Positions 19,472-29,287 of a stretch of 64,000 nt of DNA are shown piece after piece. Positions within the stretch are counted from its first letter, which is position 1. Every line of letters begins with the position of its first letter. This DNA comes from a virus, in the IMG/VR virus record IMGVR_UViG_3300029605_000149, positions 7,564 through 71,563 of that record. One strand, given 5' to 3'. A program made the position numbers and the translations under genes. The notes beneath the pieces were generated by a model. It ran no database searches, had not been told where the DNA came from, and worked only from the letters and a program-made list of their open reading frames with translations.

Positions 19472-20284
19472 CTAAATGTAAATCGGTGTATAGGACACAG
19501 AAATTTCAACATCTGACTCCGTTGAAGAAACAATATTTTTTCCCGGGTTCAACACGGGGAAGTCAATCAAGTCAGAATCATTAAACTTATTTTTACCGTC
19601 CGCCGTTATAAGCCCTGCTACGCTGTCAATTACAACCGTCATACCCGATGTGACAGATTTAATTGTTACATCTGCCAATTTAACTTTGTTTCGAGTGTTT
19701 GCTATGCTGTTGTATTTGGCGGTAACAACAGGCAAGGTAGGTGTATTAGATTCGCAGATAATGTATCCGTTTGGTTTTACGCTTTGAGTTATTACAGCTT
19801 TATGTCTTACAGTATTAAATGTATATGTAACATCATGCTCACCACTGCTATCAAAAGTTGCGGCGGCAATACTGTTGACAATTGCCGTGTATATAAATCC
19901 ATCAGGAAGAGCAATTTCAACTACTTTGCCAACAAGCAAGCCCTCAAATACAGTTATATTTTCGGTTGCTATTGCAAGGCGGTCGGAAACTGTCAAACCT
20001 TTTGCATAGTCACCAAGATAGTGAGGGTAAAAAGTCAAAGTTAAAGTCAAAGTTCTTGTGCCGGGAACGGAAGAAAACAGTAACGGAGCTGTTAAGATAC
20101 TGCGAGAGGCAGATAAATTGTTGGTAACGGTTGTACCGCTGACCGAATAGCTTTGTAAACGGGCATTGTATGCGGAAATATCAACGCCGTTTATTGTCAT
20201 TTCGTTAAGCATTTTATCTGTCCTCCCATGCAAGTTCTTCAGAAACATACGGCGTGAGTGCCACAGCTGTTTCTCGACCGTCAA
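19472..20284 (-). CDS. distal tail protein (Dit, siphovirus tail component)
   Basis: 270 aa directly downstream of tape measure. Confidence 0.55.
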   Translation of the reverse strand: MTVEKQLWHSRRMFLKNLHGRTDKMLNEMTINGVDISAYNARLQSYSVSGTTVTNNLSASRSILTAPLLFSSVPGTRTLTLTLTFYPHYLGDYAKGLTVSDRLAIATENITVFEGLLVGKVVEIALPDGFIYTAIVNSIAAATFDSSGEHDVTYTFNTVRHKAVITQSVKPNGYIICESNTPTLPVVTAKYNSIANTRNKVKLADVTIKSVTSGMTVVIDSVAGLITADGKNKFNDSDLIDFPVLNPGKNIVSSTESDVEISVSYTPIYI

Positions 20285-23200
20285 TATTAATTGAGGTGTG
20301 AATATCGCCTTTAAGGCTGTACTTACGCTCGTTATCCTCGCTCATCAGCTCGACATTGTGGTTGACATCAGCGGTAAATTTGGATCTAAGCATTGACTGT
20401 CCTGCAGACACAGCCGCCCTCATCTTGCTGACTAAACCGTCAGCTGAAACACCTGCCTGCATACGCTCGGTAAATGTGGATGCCACCGTGTCAGCCTGCT
20501 TATAAAGTTTGGGAGCTTCGGCATCAAGTCCGTTTTCACCGCCTTCGAGTGTGTAGCCGAAAATCTTTTTAAACACTTTTGAGGGGGAGTGTTCATCAAA
20601 CATTTTCCTGAAAATATTGATAACACTGCCTGAAATTTCTGAGGCCTTAGAATAAAGCGAATCCTGTTTTTCTGATAAACCAGTTTCCGCTCCTTCCATA
20701 GCATCTATAAAGCTTTGTTTAGTGTCTTCATCAAGGTTATCAAACGCTCCTAAAAATGCAGAATTTATTCCTTTAGCTTTTGTATCTGTTTCTCCGGTAT
20801 ATTGTTCATACAAACCCATTAAAGATAGAAATGCAACCAACTGATCTTGGTATTTTTCATCAGATAAAGCCTTACCTTGTTTGTTTCTTATTTCACCGAG
20901 TTCTTTGCTGTACCTTGCATTTTCTTCTTCTTCGGCTTTTTCTTTGATTCTAAGTGCAGTGCCTGCCATAAGAGATTTTTGAGTATCAGTTAAATTTTTG
21001 TTGCTTATTTTATAAAGCTCAGTATTATAATTACTTGCTATATCAATAAGTTTTTGTTTATGCGTTTGCTCGGCATCACTTTCATCTTGATTTAATCCTT
21101 TTAAATCTTCAGTTGTACTCTTCAACGCTTCTGCACGATTATAATAACCGTCTTTAATAATTTTAAGAGTATCCCCAGCCTCCTTATTGGCTGCACTAAC
21201 GGCTTGCTGATAGCTCGCTTCTGCGGCTTTAACATCAGCATCATGTTCCTTTTGTGAGTAATCACTATCTGTTTTCAACCTCAAATCAAGCAGAGCTACT
21301 TCTTCTGTATATTGCTCGTATGCTTTATCAATTACCGCTGTACGAGTTTCTTCGGCAGAGTTGGTGAGTTTTTGTGCTCTTTGCGTATATTCTTCAAGCG
21401 ACAAATCAGACGCCTCGTTGAGAGCCTTAGCCTGAGTTGTAACAACCCCTTGCTTTGCTTCTTCAATCGCAAGTTCTTGATCCGCAAGTTCGTGCATTTT
21501 GGCGAAAAGGTCTTCAAGTCTTTGAATTTCACCGCCGGTTAATTCTTTTCGATTTTCCGAGGCAGTTTTACAAATCTCTGTAATTTCGGATTGAACATTG
21601 TCCATATTTTCGGACAACTTTTGTTTTTCATCATCGGAAATAAGGATGCTTTCATTGAAGTTATCAAAGATACTGCCCGAGTTTTTAATATCGTTCATAA
21701 AATCGCCGAATTTTGAACCAATATCCTCATATGACGAACCAAGGTTATCATTTGCCGACTGTAAATTAGCCTCCGCACTTGCAAGATCGTCCGTTGATTG
21801 AGTTGCATCACCGTTAGCGGCAGAAAACGCAATAATGCCTGCTGTCAAGGCTGTAATACCTGTCAAGATAAGCACGGCAGGATTAAGTGACATTGCCATA
21901 TTCCACGCATATTGTGCAGCTGTTGCGAGCGTGATTTCACCTGTTAATGCACCGACTGCAATTTGTTTAAGCGTTATAGTGCCGAGTGATGCCGCCTCTG
22001 CAAGACTTTCAGCCGTGACTGATGCGGCGTGTTGAGTTACAAGAGCGGTTATTGACGAGATGATTTTCCAAGCCTTCCATGCCGTGATTGCTGTAGTAAC
22101 AATGGGCAACAGTATATTGAGGTTGTCGGCAATCAAGTCAATAGCTTTTGCAAGCGGTGGTATAACAACCTTTGCAATGTTAGTAATAGTTTTGCCGAGG
22201 TTAATCAATATGGTTTTAACTGTATTGATAGCTTTTTTAAGACCGCCATTTTCAAAGGATTTTTTGATAGTGTTAATTGCCTCTTTAACGGGGGCTTGCA
22301 GTTCTTTTGGCAAGAGCTTAACTAAGTTTTTAGTTAAAGCATCTACGATACTTTTTGCCGCAGACAGTAGATCGGGAGCACGGTCACTTATGCCTTTAAC
22401 CAATGTTTTTACGATGTTTATAGCAGCTTTAACAAGTTTTGATGAGTTATTTGCAATCCCGTTAACGAATGCCTGTAAAAAGGACATTGCGGCATCAATC
22501 ATTTTCGGAGCGGCTTCAACTGCTTTTGTTGCAAGCTCACCGAAAATAGAGCCAGCTTCTTCAATCATTCCCGACAAGCCACCTTCGGTAAATGCCGTGG
22601 TTAACCTATTGACATAGTTCTGAGCTTCCTTTGCGGCATCGGTCAGAGGTTCGGACATACTTTCGTATATTTCTATACCCAAGCCTTCAAGTCCTGATTT
22701 AAGAATCGTAATCTGTCCCTGCAGATTGTTCTGCATCGTTTCAGCCATTGCCTTAGCTGAGCCGTCTGCATTATCAATATTTTTTACAAGTGTATTAAAA
22801 TCCTTATCACTCGCATTGATGATAGCAAGCATACCCGACATAGCCTCTTTGCCGAAGAGAGTACTTGCGGCGGCTGTTTGTTCTGTTTCAGATAAACCGC
22901 TAAACTTTGTTCTAAGCTCTTTGATGACATCAATTAAAGGTAATGCTTCGCCGTTGGCATCGGTCATGCTTATTTTGTACTCATCCATTACCTTTTGCAT
23001 TTCTTTAGTCGGAGAAGCAAGGTTAGATAAGGCTGTTTTAAGGCTTGTGCCTGCCATACTGCCCTTAACACTTGCATTAGCCATAAGTCCGAGTGCAACA
23101 GACACATCTTCAACGCTATAATTCATCGCACCTGCCAAAGGTGCTACATATTTAAAACTTTCGCCGAGCATTGAAACATTGGTGTTTGCAGAACTTGAGG

Positions 23201-23696
23201 TTTTTGCAAGTACATCGGCAAAGTGCGTACTATCAGAAGCTTTAAGTCCAAATGCTGTAATTGCATCGGTGACAATATCTGAGGTTGTCGCAAGGTCAAG
23301 ACCGTCTGCAGCGGCAAGTGACATTATACCGTCAATACCGTTAAGCATTGATTTAGTATTCCAACCAGCCATTGCCATATATTGTAAAGCCTCGGCGGAT
23401 TCAGATGCAGAAAACTTAGTTTTAGCTCCCATTTCTTTGGCTTTGTCTGTAAGGCTTTGCAGGTCTTTTCCGCTTGCACCGCTGATAGCCGAAACCTTGG
23501 ACATAGCCGCCTCGAAAGATGAACCGACAGTTGCCGCTGCTGTTGCTCCTGCTCCAAGAGTTGTAGCTATACCAGCAAGCGTTGTTGTTATTGCAGACAC
23601 ACCTGTTTTGGCAAGTCCTTTTAATTTATCAATACCTATTCTAAAACCACCGGTATCAATTTTGGTGTCAATTTTAATAGAGCCATCGTATGCCAA
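20214..23696 (-). CDS. tail tape measure protein
   Basis: 1160 aa, Ala/Gly/Ser/Thr-rich N-terminus with TM-like segments, long coiled-coil region. Confidence 0.9.
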   Translation of the reverse strand: MAYDGSIKIDTKIDTGGFRIGIDKLKGLAKTGVSAITTTLAGIATTLGAGATAAATVGSSFEAAMSKVSAISGASGKDLQSLTDKAKEMGAKTKFSASESAEALQYMAMAGWNTKSMLNGIDGIMSLAAADGLDLATTSDIVTDAITAFGLKASDSTHFADVLAKTSSSANTNVSMLGESFKYVAPLAGAMNYSVEDVSVALGLMANASVKGSMAGTSLKTALSNLASPTKEMQKVMDEYKISMTDANGEALPLIDVIKELRTKFSGLSETEQTAAASTLFGKEAMSGMLAIINASDKDFNTLVKNIDNADGSAKAMAETMQNNLQGQITILKSGLEGLGIEIYESMSEPLTDAAKEAQNYVNRLTTAFTEGGLSGMIEEAGSIFGELATKAVEAAPKMIDAAMSFLQAFVNGIANNSSKLVKAAINIVKTLVKGISDRAPDLLSAAKSIVDALTKNLVKLLPKELQAPVKEAINTIKKSFENGGLKKAINTVKTILINLGKTITNIAKVVIPPLAKAIDLIADNLNILLPIVTTAITAWKAWKIISSITALVTQHAASVTAESLAEAASLGTITLKQIAVGALTGEITLATAAQYAWNMAMSLNPAVLILTGITALTAGIIAFSAANGDATQSTDDLASAEANLQSANDNLGSSYEDIGSKFGDFMNDIKNSGSIFDNFNESILISDDEKQKLSENMDNVQSEITEICKTASENRKELTGGEIQRLEDLFAKMHELADQELAIEEAKQGVVTTQAKALNEASDLSLEEYTQRAQKLTNSAEETRTAVIDKAYEQYTEEVALLDLRLKTDSDYSQKEHDADVKAAEASYQQAVSAANKEAGDTLKIIKDGYYNRAEALKSTTEDLKGLNQDESDAEQTHKQKLIDIASNYNTELYKISNKNLTDTQKSLMAGTALRIKEKAEEEENARYSKELGEIRNKQGKALSDEKYQDQLVAFLSLMGLYEQYTGETDTKAKGINSAFLGAFDNLDEDTKQSFIDAMEGAETGLSEKQDSLYSKASEISGSVINIFRKMFDEHSPSKVFKKIFGYTLEGGENGLDAEAPKLYKQADTVASTFTERMQAGVSADGLVSKMRAAVSAGQSMLRSKFTADVNHNVELMSEDNERKYSLKGDIHTSINIDGRETAVALTPYVSEELAWEDR

Positions 23697-23916
23697 TATC
23701 TCACATCCTTTACTGTGAGGTCATCGGCATCCAATGGCTCTACTTGACCTGATTATTTTTTATCGTTTAATACGATTTCAAATAGCTTTTTACAGTTACG
23801 CCCTTTACAGTATGTAAAAATGCCCTTACACCTTGACGATTTGTCAAAGTAATATAAGGGCATTTCGTAACCGCAAAAAGGGCATTTAATTTTTTGTTTG
23901 TTTTTCAATTTATCAC

Positions 23917-24261
23917 CTACGATAAATCATATTGATTTTTACTTGTTAATTTTGTTTTAACACTTAAATCTAATTCATTTTTCGGTACTTTAGAAGTGAA
24001 TTCAAACTCAGCGTAACCGCTGGTTTCGCCTTCAAATTTATATACATATGTATTTATATAATAATCATCAGTTTCGTCTTTTGATTCTGATATCTTAGTA
24101 CCTTTTCCGCCAACAATTTCTTCAACTTTAAATATAGTCATTCCCATATTTATTTGGTCAAACTCATCTTTGCTGATTCCTGACGGGTCGTTTTTAGCTC
24201 CACAGGCTGTGCAAGTCAATGCTAACAATGCAATAGTTATAAAGGATAGAATCTTTTTCAT
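23917..24261 (-). CDS. small secreted lipoprotein (moron; possible superinfection-exclusion type)
   Basis: Signal peptide MKKILSFITIALLALTCTAC with Cys; inserted between tail chaperones and tape measure. Confidence 0.55.
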   Translation of the reverse strand: MKKILSFITIALLALTCTACGAKNDPSGISKDEFDQINMGMTIFKVEEIVGGKGTKISESKDETDDYYINTYVYKFEGETSGYAEFEFTSKVPKNELDLSVKTKLTSKNQYDLS

Positions 24262-24305
24262 AGCTGTACCACCTCAATAAATTTTATATACACATTATAC
24301 AAAAT

Positions 24306-24896
24306 CTATATAAGTTCGTCAACTGATTTTCCTGATAACAAAGCCTCTTCAATCGCATTATACTTTTCCTGCACCGACAGCGGCAGAGGCAGGGCATAGA
24401 GTTTTTTCATTCGCTGATAAAAATTGCGGTCTGCCGTTGACATTTTAGGGGTAATCGGCATACTGCGATAACCTAAAATTTTTGTAAACATACAATCGGC
24501 ACGCAATGACATAAACAATGCTCTGAACTTCCACCAATGCAAATTTGCATCGTTGAGGTCAATGCCGTACTGCTCTAAAAATGCCGCATAGATATAGCCG
24601 TCATCAAAATCGTAATCAAATACAGCTTTATCATTGCCACCGCCTGAATGCTTTTCGGGTGGTTTTCCACAGCGATAAAAGTTTAAAATAGCCTCGACTG
24701 TTTCTTCGTTCATCGGGCAAGGTGTTCTGAATACAAGCTTCTGAATTTCTGCGAGTATTTCAGCCGATAGTGTATCATCAATTTGATTAGTAAGTATAAG
24801 CTCGAATTTAATCCACACTCTAAAGTCGGTGTTGATTTTATAATCTACACCCGACACGGTTATTGTATCGGGTGTTATGTCACAAAGCAGATTCAT
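24306..24896 (-). CDS. tail assembly chaperone-like protein (gpT-like position)
   Basis: Position between gpG-like ORF and tape measure; start overlaps upstream stop. Confidence 0.4.
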   Translation of the reverse strand: MNLLCDITPDTITVSGVDYKINTDFRVWIKFELILTNQIDDTLSAEILAEIQKLVFRTPCPMNEETVEAILNFYRCGKPPEKHSGGGNDKAVFDYDFDDGYIYAAFLEQYGIDLNDANLHWWKFRALFMSLRADCMFTKILGYRSMPITPKMSTADRNFYQRMKKLYALPLPLSVQEKYNAIEEALLSGKSVDELI

Positions 24897-25294
24897 TACT
24901 TTGTCGCCGGTTTAAGTGTCTTTTTGTAATGATTGTACTGCTTATGCTTTTTGCCTCTGTGATTGTTAATCGCATTTGCTTTGCCTTTATACATACTACC
25001 GAGCTTTGAGCCGAAAGCATTAACAGCCTTGATAACATCCTCGTAAGCATTAAGGCAGGTTGTAAGGTTTACGGTTTCGCCGAAAACCTTTTTAGCTGTA
25101 CCGTCACCAAAAACCTCATCAAAAAAGTTAAAAACAGCCGTACACTGAGCACGGATAAGCTCTGACTGGCGTTTGCCTTCGGGATGTAAATCGTCCATTG
25201 CTTTTGCGACATTATCGTGAGCGTGCTCGTAACGCTCCATTGCAAGTGCATCGGCAACATCAATATCGGGTAAATTTACTCCGTTAATAACCAT
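24896..25294 (-). CDS. tail assembly chaperone (gpG-like)
   Basis: 132 aa acidic protein following major tail protein. Confidence 0.45.
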   Translation of the reverse strand: MVINGVNLPDIDVADALAMERYEHAHDNVAKAMDDLHPEGKRQSELIRAQCTAVFNFFDEVFGDGTAKKVFGETVNLTTCLNAYEDVIKAVNAFGSKLGSMYKGKANAINNHRGKKHKQYNHYKKTLKPATK

Positions 25295-25296
25295 AC

Positions 25297-25806
25297 TTAT
25301 GCCACCTCCGTAGTTGCTGTAAATGTCTTTGTCGCTGTGTCAAAAGTACCCTCAACAGGATCTCCCTTAGCCAAAAAGTTACCGCTGCATCCCATTTCGC
25401 CGTCATCATTTGTAAAACTTGCAACCTCAACCGCAACACGGATTTTGCGTGCGTGATAAGTGGTTTTGTTACTCTCTCCACTCACCGGCTGGTCAAGGTC
25501 AACAATTACATAATCTGTTTCGGCGTCTGCTCCTACAAGCTGTTTTTCACCGATATTGATAATGTAATTGATTGCGTCCTGCTCACGGATCTGGTCAACC
25601 TCAAATGCCGTTGTCCAATCGTAACCGCTGATTGATTTTGTAGCAGACTTATCACAAACATATTTGCGACTCTTTGTCTGTGCGGCAGGTGACTCATCAA
25701 GAGTTTTTGCACCTACGCCCAAAAGCGAAAAATTCGGCGACTTGTTTGTGCCGCCGCAGTCAAGATAATTTGCCTGCATACGCCTCTGTCTAATTACTTC
25801 ATTCAT
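25297..25806 (-). CDS. major tail protein
   Basis: 169 aa, position and composition typical of siphovirus major tail proteins. Confidence 0.65.
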   Translation of the reverse strand: MNEVIRQRRMQANYLDCGGTNKSPNFSLLGVGAKTLDESPAAQTKSRKYVCDKSATKSISGYDWTTAFEVDQIREQDAINYIINIGEKQLVGADAETDYVIVDLDQPVSGESNKTTYHARKIRVAVEVASFTNDDGEMGCSGNFLAKGDPVEGTFDTATKTFTATTEVA

Positions 25807-26243
25807 TATTTGTTACCTCCAATTTTAGTATATTTAAGCTGGCACTGTATTTGATAGCGTGCCGATTTTGTGTCATTGTCGATTGCATAACCCGATGACA
25901 GCACCTTAACAGATAAGGGGGTTAAACCCTCGGGCAATTTCGGCAGTTTGCCGTTTAAGTCCTGTTCTGCAATCCACTCTTGTAATCTTTCATAAAATTC
26001 AAGATTTGCCATATTGATTGATTCATCAGGACTGTAATTTTCACGGCTTGCAAAGATAAAGAGGTACTGGCATTTAGCAGAGCCGTCAATGTACTGCTTT
26101 AGTACAGTTTTGCACGGCACAACCTCAATGCTGTACTGTTCGGGGTCTTCGCCGAGATAGTCAACATTAAGGTCATTATCAACCTCTAATACATCGCAAT
26201 CGGCAAACCACCTAAACAATGATTTAATGATTGATGTTTCCAT
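25806..26243 (-). CDS. tail completion / tail terminator-like protein
   Basis: Gene order within head-tail joining module. Confidence 0.4.
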   Translation of the reverse strand: METSIIKSLFRWFADCDVLEVDNDLNVDYLGEDPEQYSIEVVPCKTVLKQYIDGSAKCQYLFIFASRENYSPDESINMANLEFYERLQEWIAEQDLNGKLPKLPEGLTPLSVKVLSSGYAIDNDTKSARYQIQCQLKYTKIGGNK

Positions 26244-26599
26244 TATTTTCCTCCGCTTTTTTCTTTGGCGGTCTTGATGATGTCATCAAGATGGTCTGCT
26301 TTCATACGCTCGAACCAAAACTTTCCTCTTAAACCGTCGCTCGCTGTACCTTGCTTACCTCTGCCTGCATTAAGGTAGTAGTTGGTGTGGGCATATACAA
26401 TATCGTACATTACCTCACCACTACCTATCTTTGTGCCACGAATACCGCTCTTGATAAGATTGCCGGTTTTAAAAGGTACATATGGAGTAGAACGGCGAAG
26501 GACTTCGCTGTCCACAATTTTTTGAACCTTGCCACTCGGCTCAAGACCACGGTCTTTAAGCATAGTATCAGTAGTATTAAAAAGCAGTTTAATAATCAT
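26243..26599 (-). CDS. HK97 gp10-like head-tail joining protein
   Basis: 118 aa in connector module. Confidence 0.45.
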   Translation of the reverse strand: MIIKLLFNTTDTMLKDRGLEPSGKVQKIVDSEVLRRSTPYVPFKTGNLIKSGIRGTKIGSGEVMYDIVYAHTNYYLNAGRGKQGTASDGLRGKFWFERMKADHLDDIIKTAKEKSGGK

Positions 26600-27003
26600 T
26601 TAACCACCAATTTAATGTGTTTTGAAAAGGCACTTGCCGACAGATTTTCGGTGACCTGCGTAATCTGCTGACCGCCTGCGTCAAGGATATCCTTAACAGT
26701 AATTACATCAAGGTCAACCAAGCCTTTTACAACATAATCTCCCTTTTTTAGGGAGTAGCAATTGTCACTTTCATCAAGCGGTAAAGACTTGTATGTTGAC
26801 GGGTCAACATAGTGAGTAGTCTGCAAAACGCTGTTAGGGATACGGATTACATACTCATCAGATGCAGACACATTTTTGTCAGCAACAATAATCTGATCCC
26901 TACCGTGGTAATTAACTCCGTCCAAAACATTTGCAAACCAAAAGGTTTCACGACCCTGCTTTTTAGAGCAAAACACGGTAATGCGTGTGTTGTTTGTGAG
27001 CAT
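26596..27003 (-). CDS. head closure / head-tail adaptor protein
   Basis: Gene order. Confidence 0.4.
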   Translation of the reverse strand: MLTNNTRITVFCSKKQGRETFWFANVLDGVNYHGRDQIIVADKNVSASDEYVIRIPNSVLQTTHYVDPSTYKSLPLDESDNCYSLKKGDYVVKGLVDLDVITVKDILDAGGQQITQVTENLSASAFSKHIKLVVK

Positions 27004-27362
27004 TATCTCACCCCCTGATATAAAAGACCAGTACCGCTTAATTCCTGTTTGATAGCTTTGTACATTGCTCTTTTCTCACGGTCTGCAAGCTCATCGGCAT
27101 TGTAATCCTTGTATGTAACGCTGTAACCGTCCGTGGATTCGGACTTAATACCTTGAGGGATATTTGCCACATCTTCACGGATTTCGGCAACCGCCTCAGC
27201 AGCGGCACAGACTGCATTCTTTACCTGCTCCGTCACTTCGGGAATTTTTCCCATAATAACATAGTTTAAAAAGCGTTCCGCCTTGCGTGCATAGCGGTTA
27301 AATTCTTCGGCGGCTAAAGTACCGCCGAAAGAATCCTTGTAATAAGCATAATCCGCATACAT
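27003..27362 (-). CDS. head-tail connector protein (gp6-like)
   Basis: 119 aa immediately after capsid gene. Confidence 0.5.
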   Translation of the reverse strand: MYADYAYYKDSFGGTLAAEEFNRYARKAERFLNYVIMGKIPEVTEQVKNAVCAAAEAVAEIREDVANIPQGIKSESTDGYSVTYKDYNADELADREKRAMYKAIKQELSGTGLLYQGVR

Positions 27363-27364
27363 TT

Positions 27365-28351
27365 TTAAGATACCTTAATGTTACGGAAAACACCGCACTT
27401 TGTTGTGTTTTTGAGAGCAACAGCGGCAACCATTTCAACCTCAGCCTTTTTAACCGCACCGGGGGCAGTAAGGTCAGGCATATATGTTTTGACGATTGAC
27501 GAACCGCTGAGGGAAACACCGTGAAAAGCATCAAGACCAAGCTGTACCGCATAAAGGTCGGTAAGACCTGTCACCTTTGAGCTTGATGCACCTGTTTCGT
27601 AAATCGGCACGCAAGGCACAGTCTTTGAACCGTCAAAGTAGTTACCCATATCGTAAAAAATGATACCGTCATAACCCTGAGCAGTTTTACCGAAAGCGTC
27701 CTCGGCTCTTGTGAGGTATCCTGCACGCTGAGCAACGCTCTTGAGTTTTGCGATAATCTTGCTGTTGCCGAGCAGGAAAGTAGGCTTGCCGTCAATACCG
27801 CCGATAAACTCATTGAGCATATCAATCATAAGCTGATAGTTGCTTGTAACAAGTGCAGAGGTTGAGAGGTCAACTACTGTCTTATCAGAGCCAGCGTTGT
27901 ACTCTGTGCTTGTACCCTTGAGCAGAGTTGTAAGACCGTCAAAGTCAACCGATTTATTAGTCTTTGAGCCGTTGATGCAACAGTTCTGAAAATGGTTTCT
28001 TGTGGCAAGAGTTTTCTGTTCGAGCTGAAACGCAATTTCGTTTGTTGTTGCTTCCTGAATAACACGGTCAACCTCACTTGCACCGCCGAAGATTTTAAGA
28101 TCAACGGTTTTCTTAACTTTCTTTGCTTCATTGGCTGTGTATTCGCTGTTAATTTCTCTGCCTGCCGCTGTTGACGGTGTCTGGAGCTGTAAATAACCGT
28201 ATGTCATAGTAGAACCACCAACACCCGGTGAAACGCAATCATCAAATGTGAGTTCGTCCATAAACTGTGAGCCACGGCGAAGAGTATCAATAACCTCCTG
28301 TGTAACTTTGTCGGCTCTGCCAACGCTTGCTTCTGCTAATGTGATAGGCAT
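27365..28351 (-). CDS. major capsid protein
   Basis: 328 aa following scaffold gene. Confidence 0.7.
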   Translation of the reverse strand: MPITLAEASVGRADKVTQEVIDTLRRGSQFMDELTFDDCVSPGVGGSTMTYGYLQLQTPSTAAGREINSEYTANEAKKVKKTVDLKIFGGASEVDRVIQEATTNEIAFQLEQKTLATRNHFQNCCINGSKTNKSVDFDGLTTLLKGTSTEYNAGSDKTVVDLSTSALVTSNYQLMIDMLNEFIGGIDGKPTFLLGNSKIIAKLKSVAQRAGYLTRAEDAFGKTAQGYDGIIFYDMGNYFDGSKTVPCVPIYETGASSSKVTGLTDLYAVQLGLDAFHGVSLSGSSIVKTYMPDLTAPGAVKKAEVEMVAAVALKNTTKCGVFRNIKVS

Positions 28352-28363
28352 TTTGTTTCCTCC

Positions 28364-28903
28364 TTATTTCTTGTAAAAATCTTCAACGGCGGATTTGATG
28401 TTAGAGCCTGATTTTGCTTTTGCTCCGCCTGTGGGTCCGCCGAGGTCAAGTTTCTTTTTTGGTTTTTCCTCTGACTTAAAGAGGAAAGGCTTTGACTGTT
28501 TCAGCTCTGCAAGCTGTTCGTCAAGTCCCGCGATACTGCCGTCCTCAGCCTGAGATACCTTTGACATATCAATGTTAGCCTTTACCGACACGAGGTCAGC
28601 CGCACCTGCGTTATTGATGGCAGATTCAACCGCCTGCTCAAACTTGTAGTCATTGAGCTTTTTGTCGCCGTCAAGCTGTGCCTGCTTAACCTTGTTCTGC
28701 CAATCGGGGTCATAACCTTCAAGATTAGCGTTTGCAGTTTCGAGCTTTTTTGACACATCGTCATACTTGTCCTTTTCGACATACTGACCGCCTGCAAGGT
28801 TGCCGAGCTTAACATCTGCCGCATTGTTTACCTTTTCTGCAAACTGTTCAAAGGTTAATGCCTCGTCACCAAACAGGGCTTTTAAAATTTCCATTAAGTC
28901 CAT
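28364..28903 (-). CDS. capsid scaffolding protein
   Basis: 179 aa, highly charged coiled-coil, between MuF-like and capsid genes. Confidence 0.7.
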   Translation of the reverse strand: MDLMEILKALFGDEALTFEQFAEKVNNAADVKLGNLAGGQYVEKDKYDDVSKKLETANANLEGYDPDWQNKVKQAQLDGDKKLNDYKFEQAVESAINNAGAADLVSVKANIDMSKVSQAEDGSIAGLDEQLAELKQSKPFLFKSEEKPKKKLDLGGPTGGAKAKSGSNIKSAVEDFYKK

Positions 28904-29133
28904 TTCTTTGCTCCTTTCAAATTATTAGCAATTGTGTGTACTCAAAAATTTGAGCAATATTAAAAGCCCCCGAAATTCGGGAGCTTATAACCATAATCGG
29001 TAAATTTAAGGGTAAAAGTAAAAGGGATGTTTCAAACACCCCTTTAATACCCTTTTAAATTCGTTTAATTTTGTTTTTATTCAATCAACTATGTAACTTT
29101 ACCTTTTGGCAGTAAAAACCAATATAGTCAAAT

Positions 29134-29238
29134 TTAAGCTAACTTTTGTTTCCAAAGCGGTACATAAGTACCTTTATAAAAATCTTCAAGATGATCATTA
29201 AAATAATCTCTTTCAATTTCATACTCTTCTGGAGACAT
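29134..29238 (-). CDS. small 34-aa ORF between MuF-like gene and scaffold gene
   Basis: GGAGAGAGA RBS 4 nt before ATG; MSPEEYEIERDYFNDHLEDFYKGTYVPLWKQKLA; not in ORF track (<60 aa). Confidence 0.25.
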   Translation of the reverse strand: MSPEEYEIERDYFNDHLEDFYKGTYVPLWKQKLA

Positions 29239-29287
29239 ATTCTCTCTCCAATATGGAGCTTCTTTCAATGTACCTGTAGCCCAATTA

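Noticed and set aside
21312-23718. Plus-strand ORFs (21312-21542, 21598-21801, 21835-22035, 22060-22617, 22726-23121, 23179-23718) antisense to the tape-measure gene
   Set aside because: These are shadow frames of a long Ala/Ser/Thr-rich minus-strand gene. They have no RBS and no coherent operon context.
24306-25294. Programmed -1 frameshift joining the two tail chaperone ORFs (G/GT style)
   Set aside because: The second ORF starts with its own ATG overlapping the upstream stop (normal translational coupling). I could not identify a slippery heptamer with confidence.
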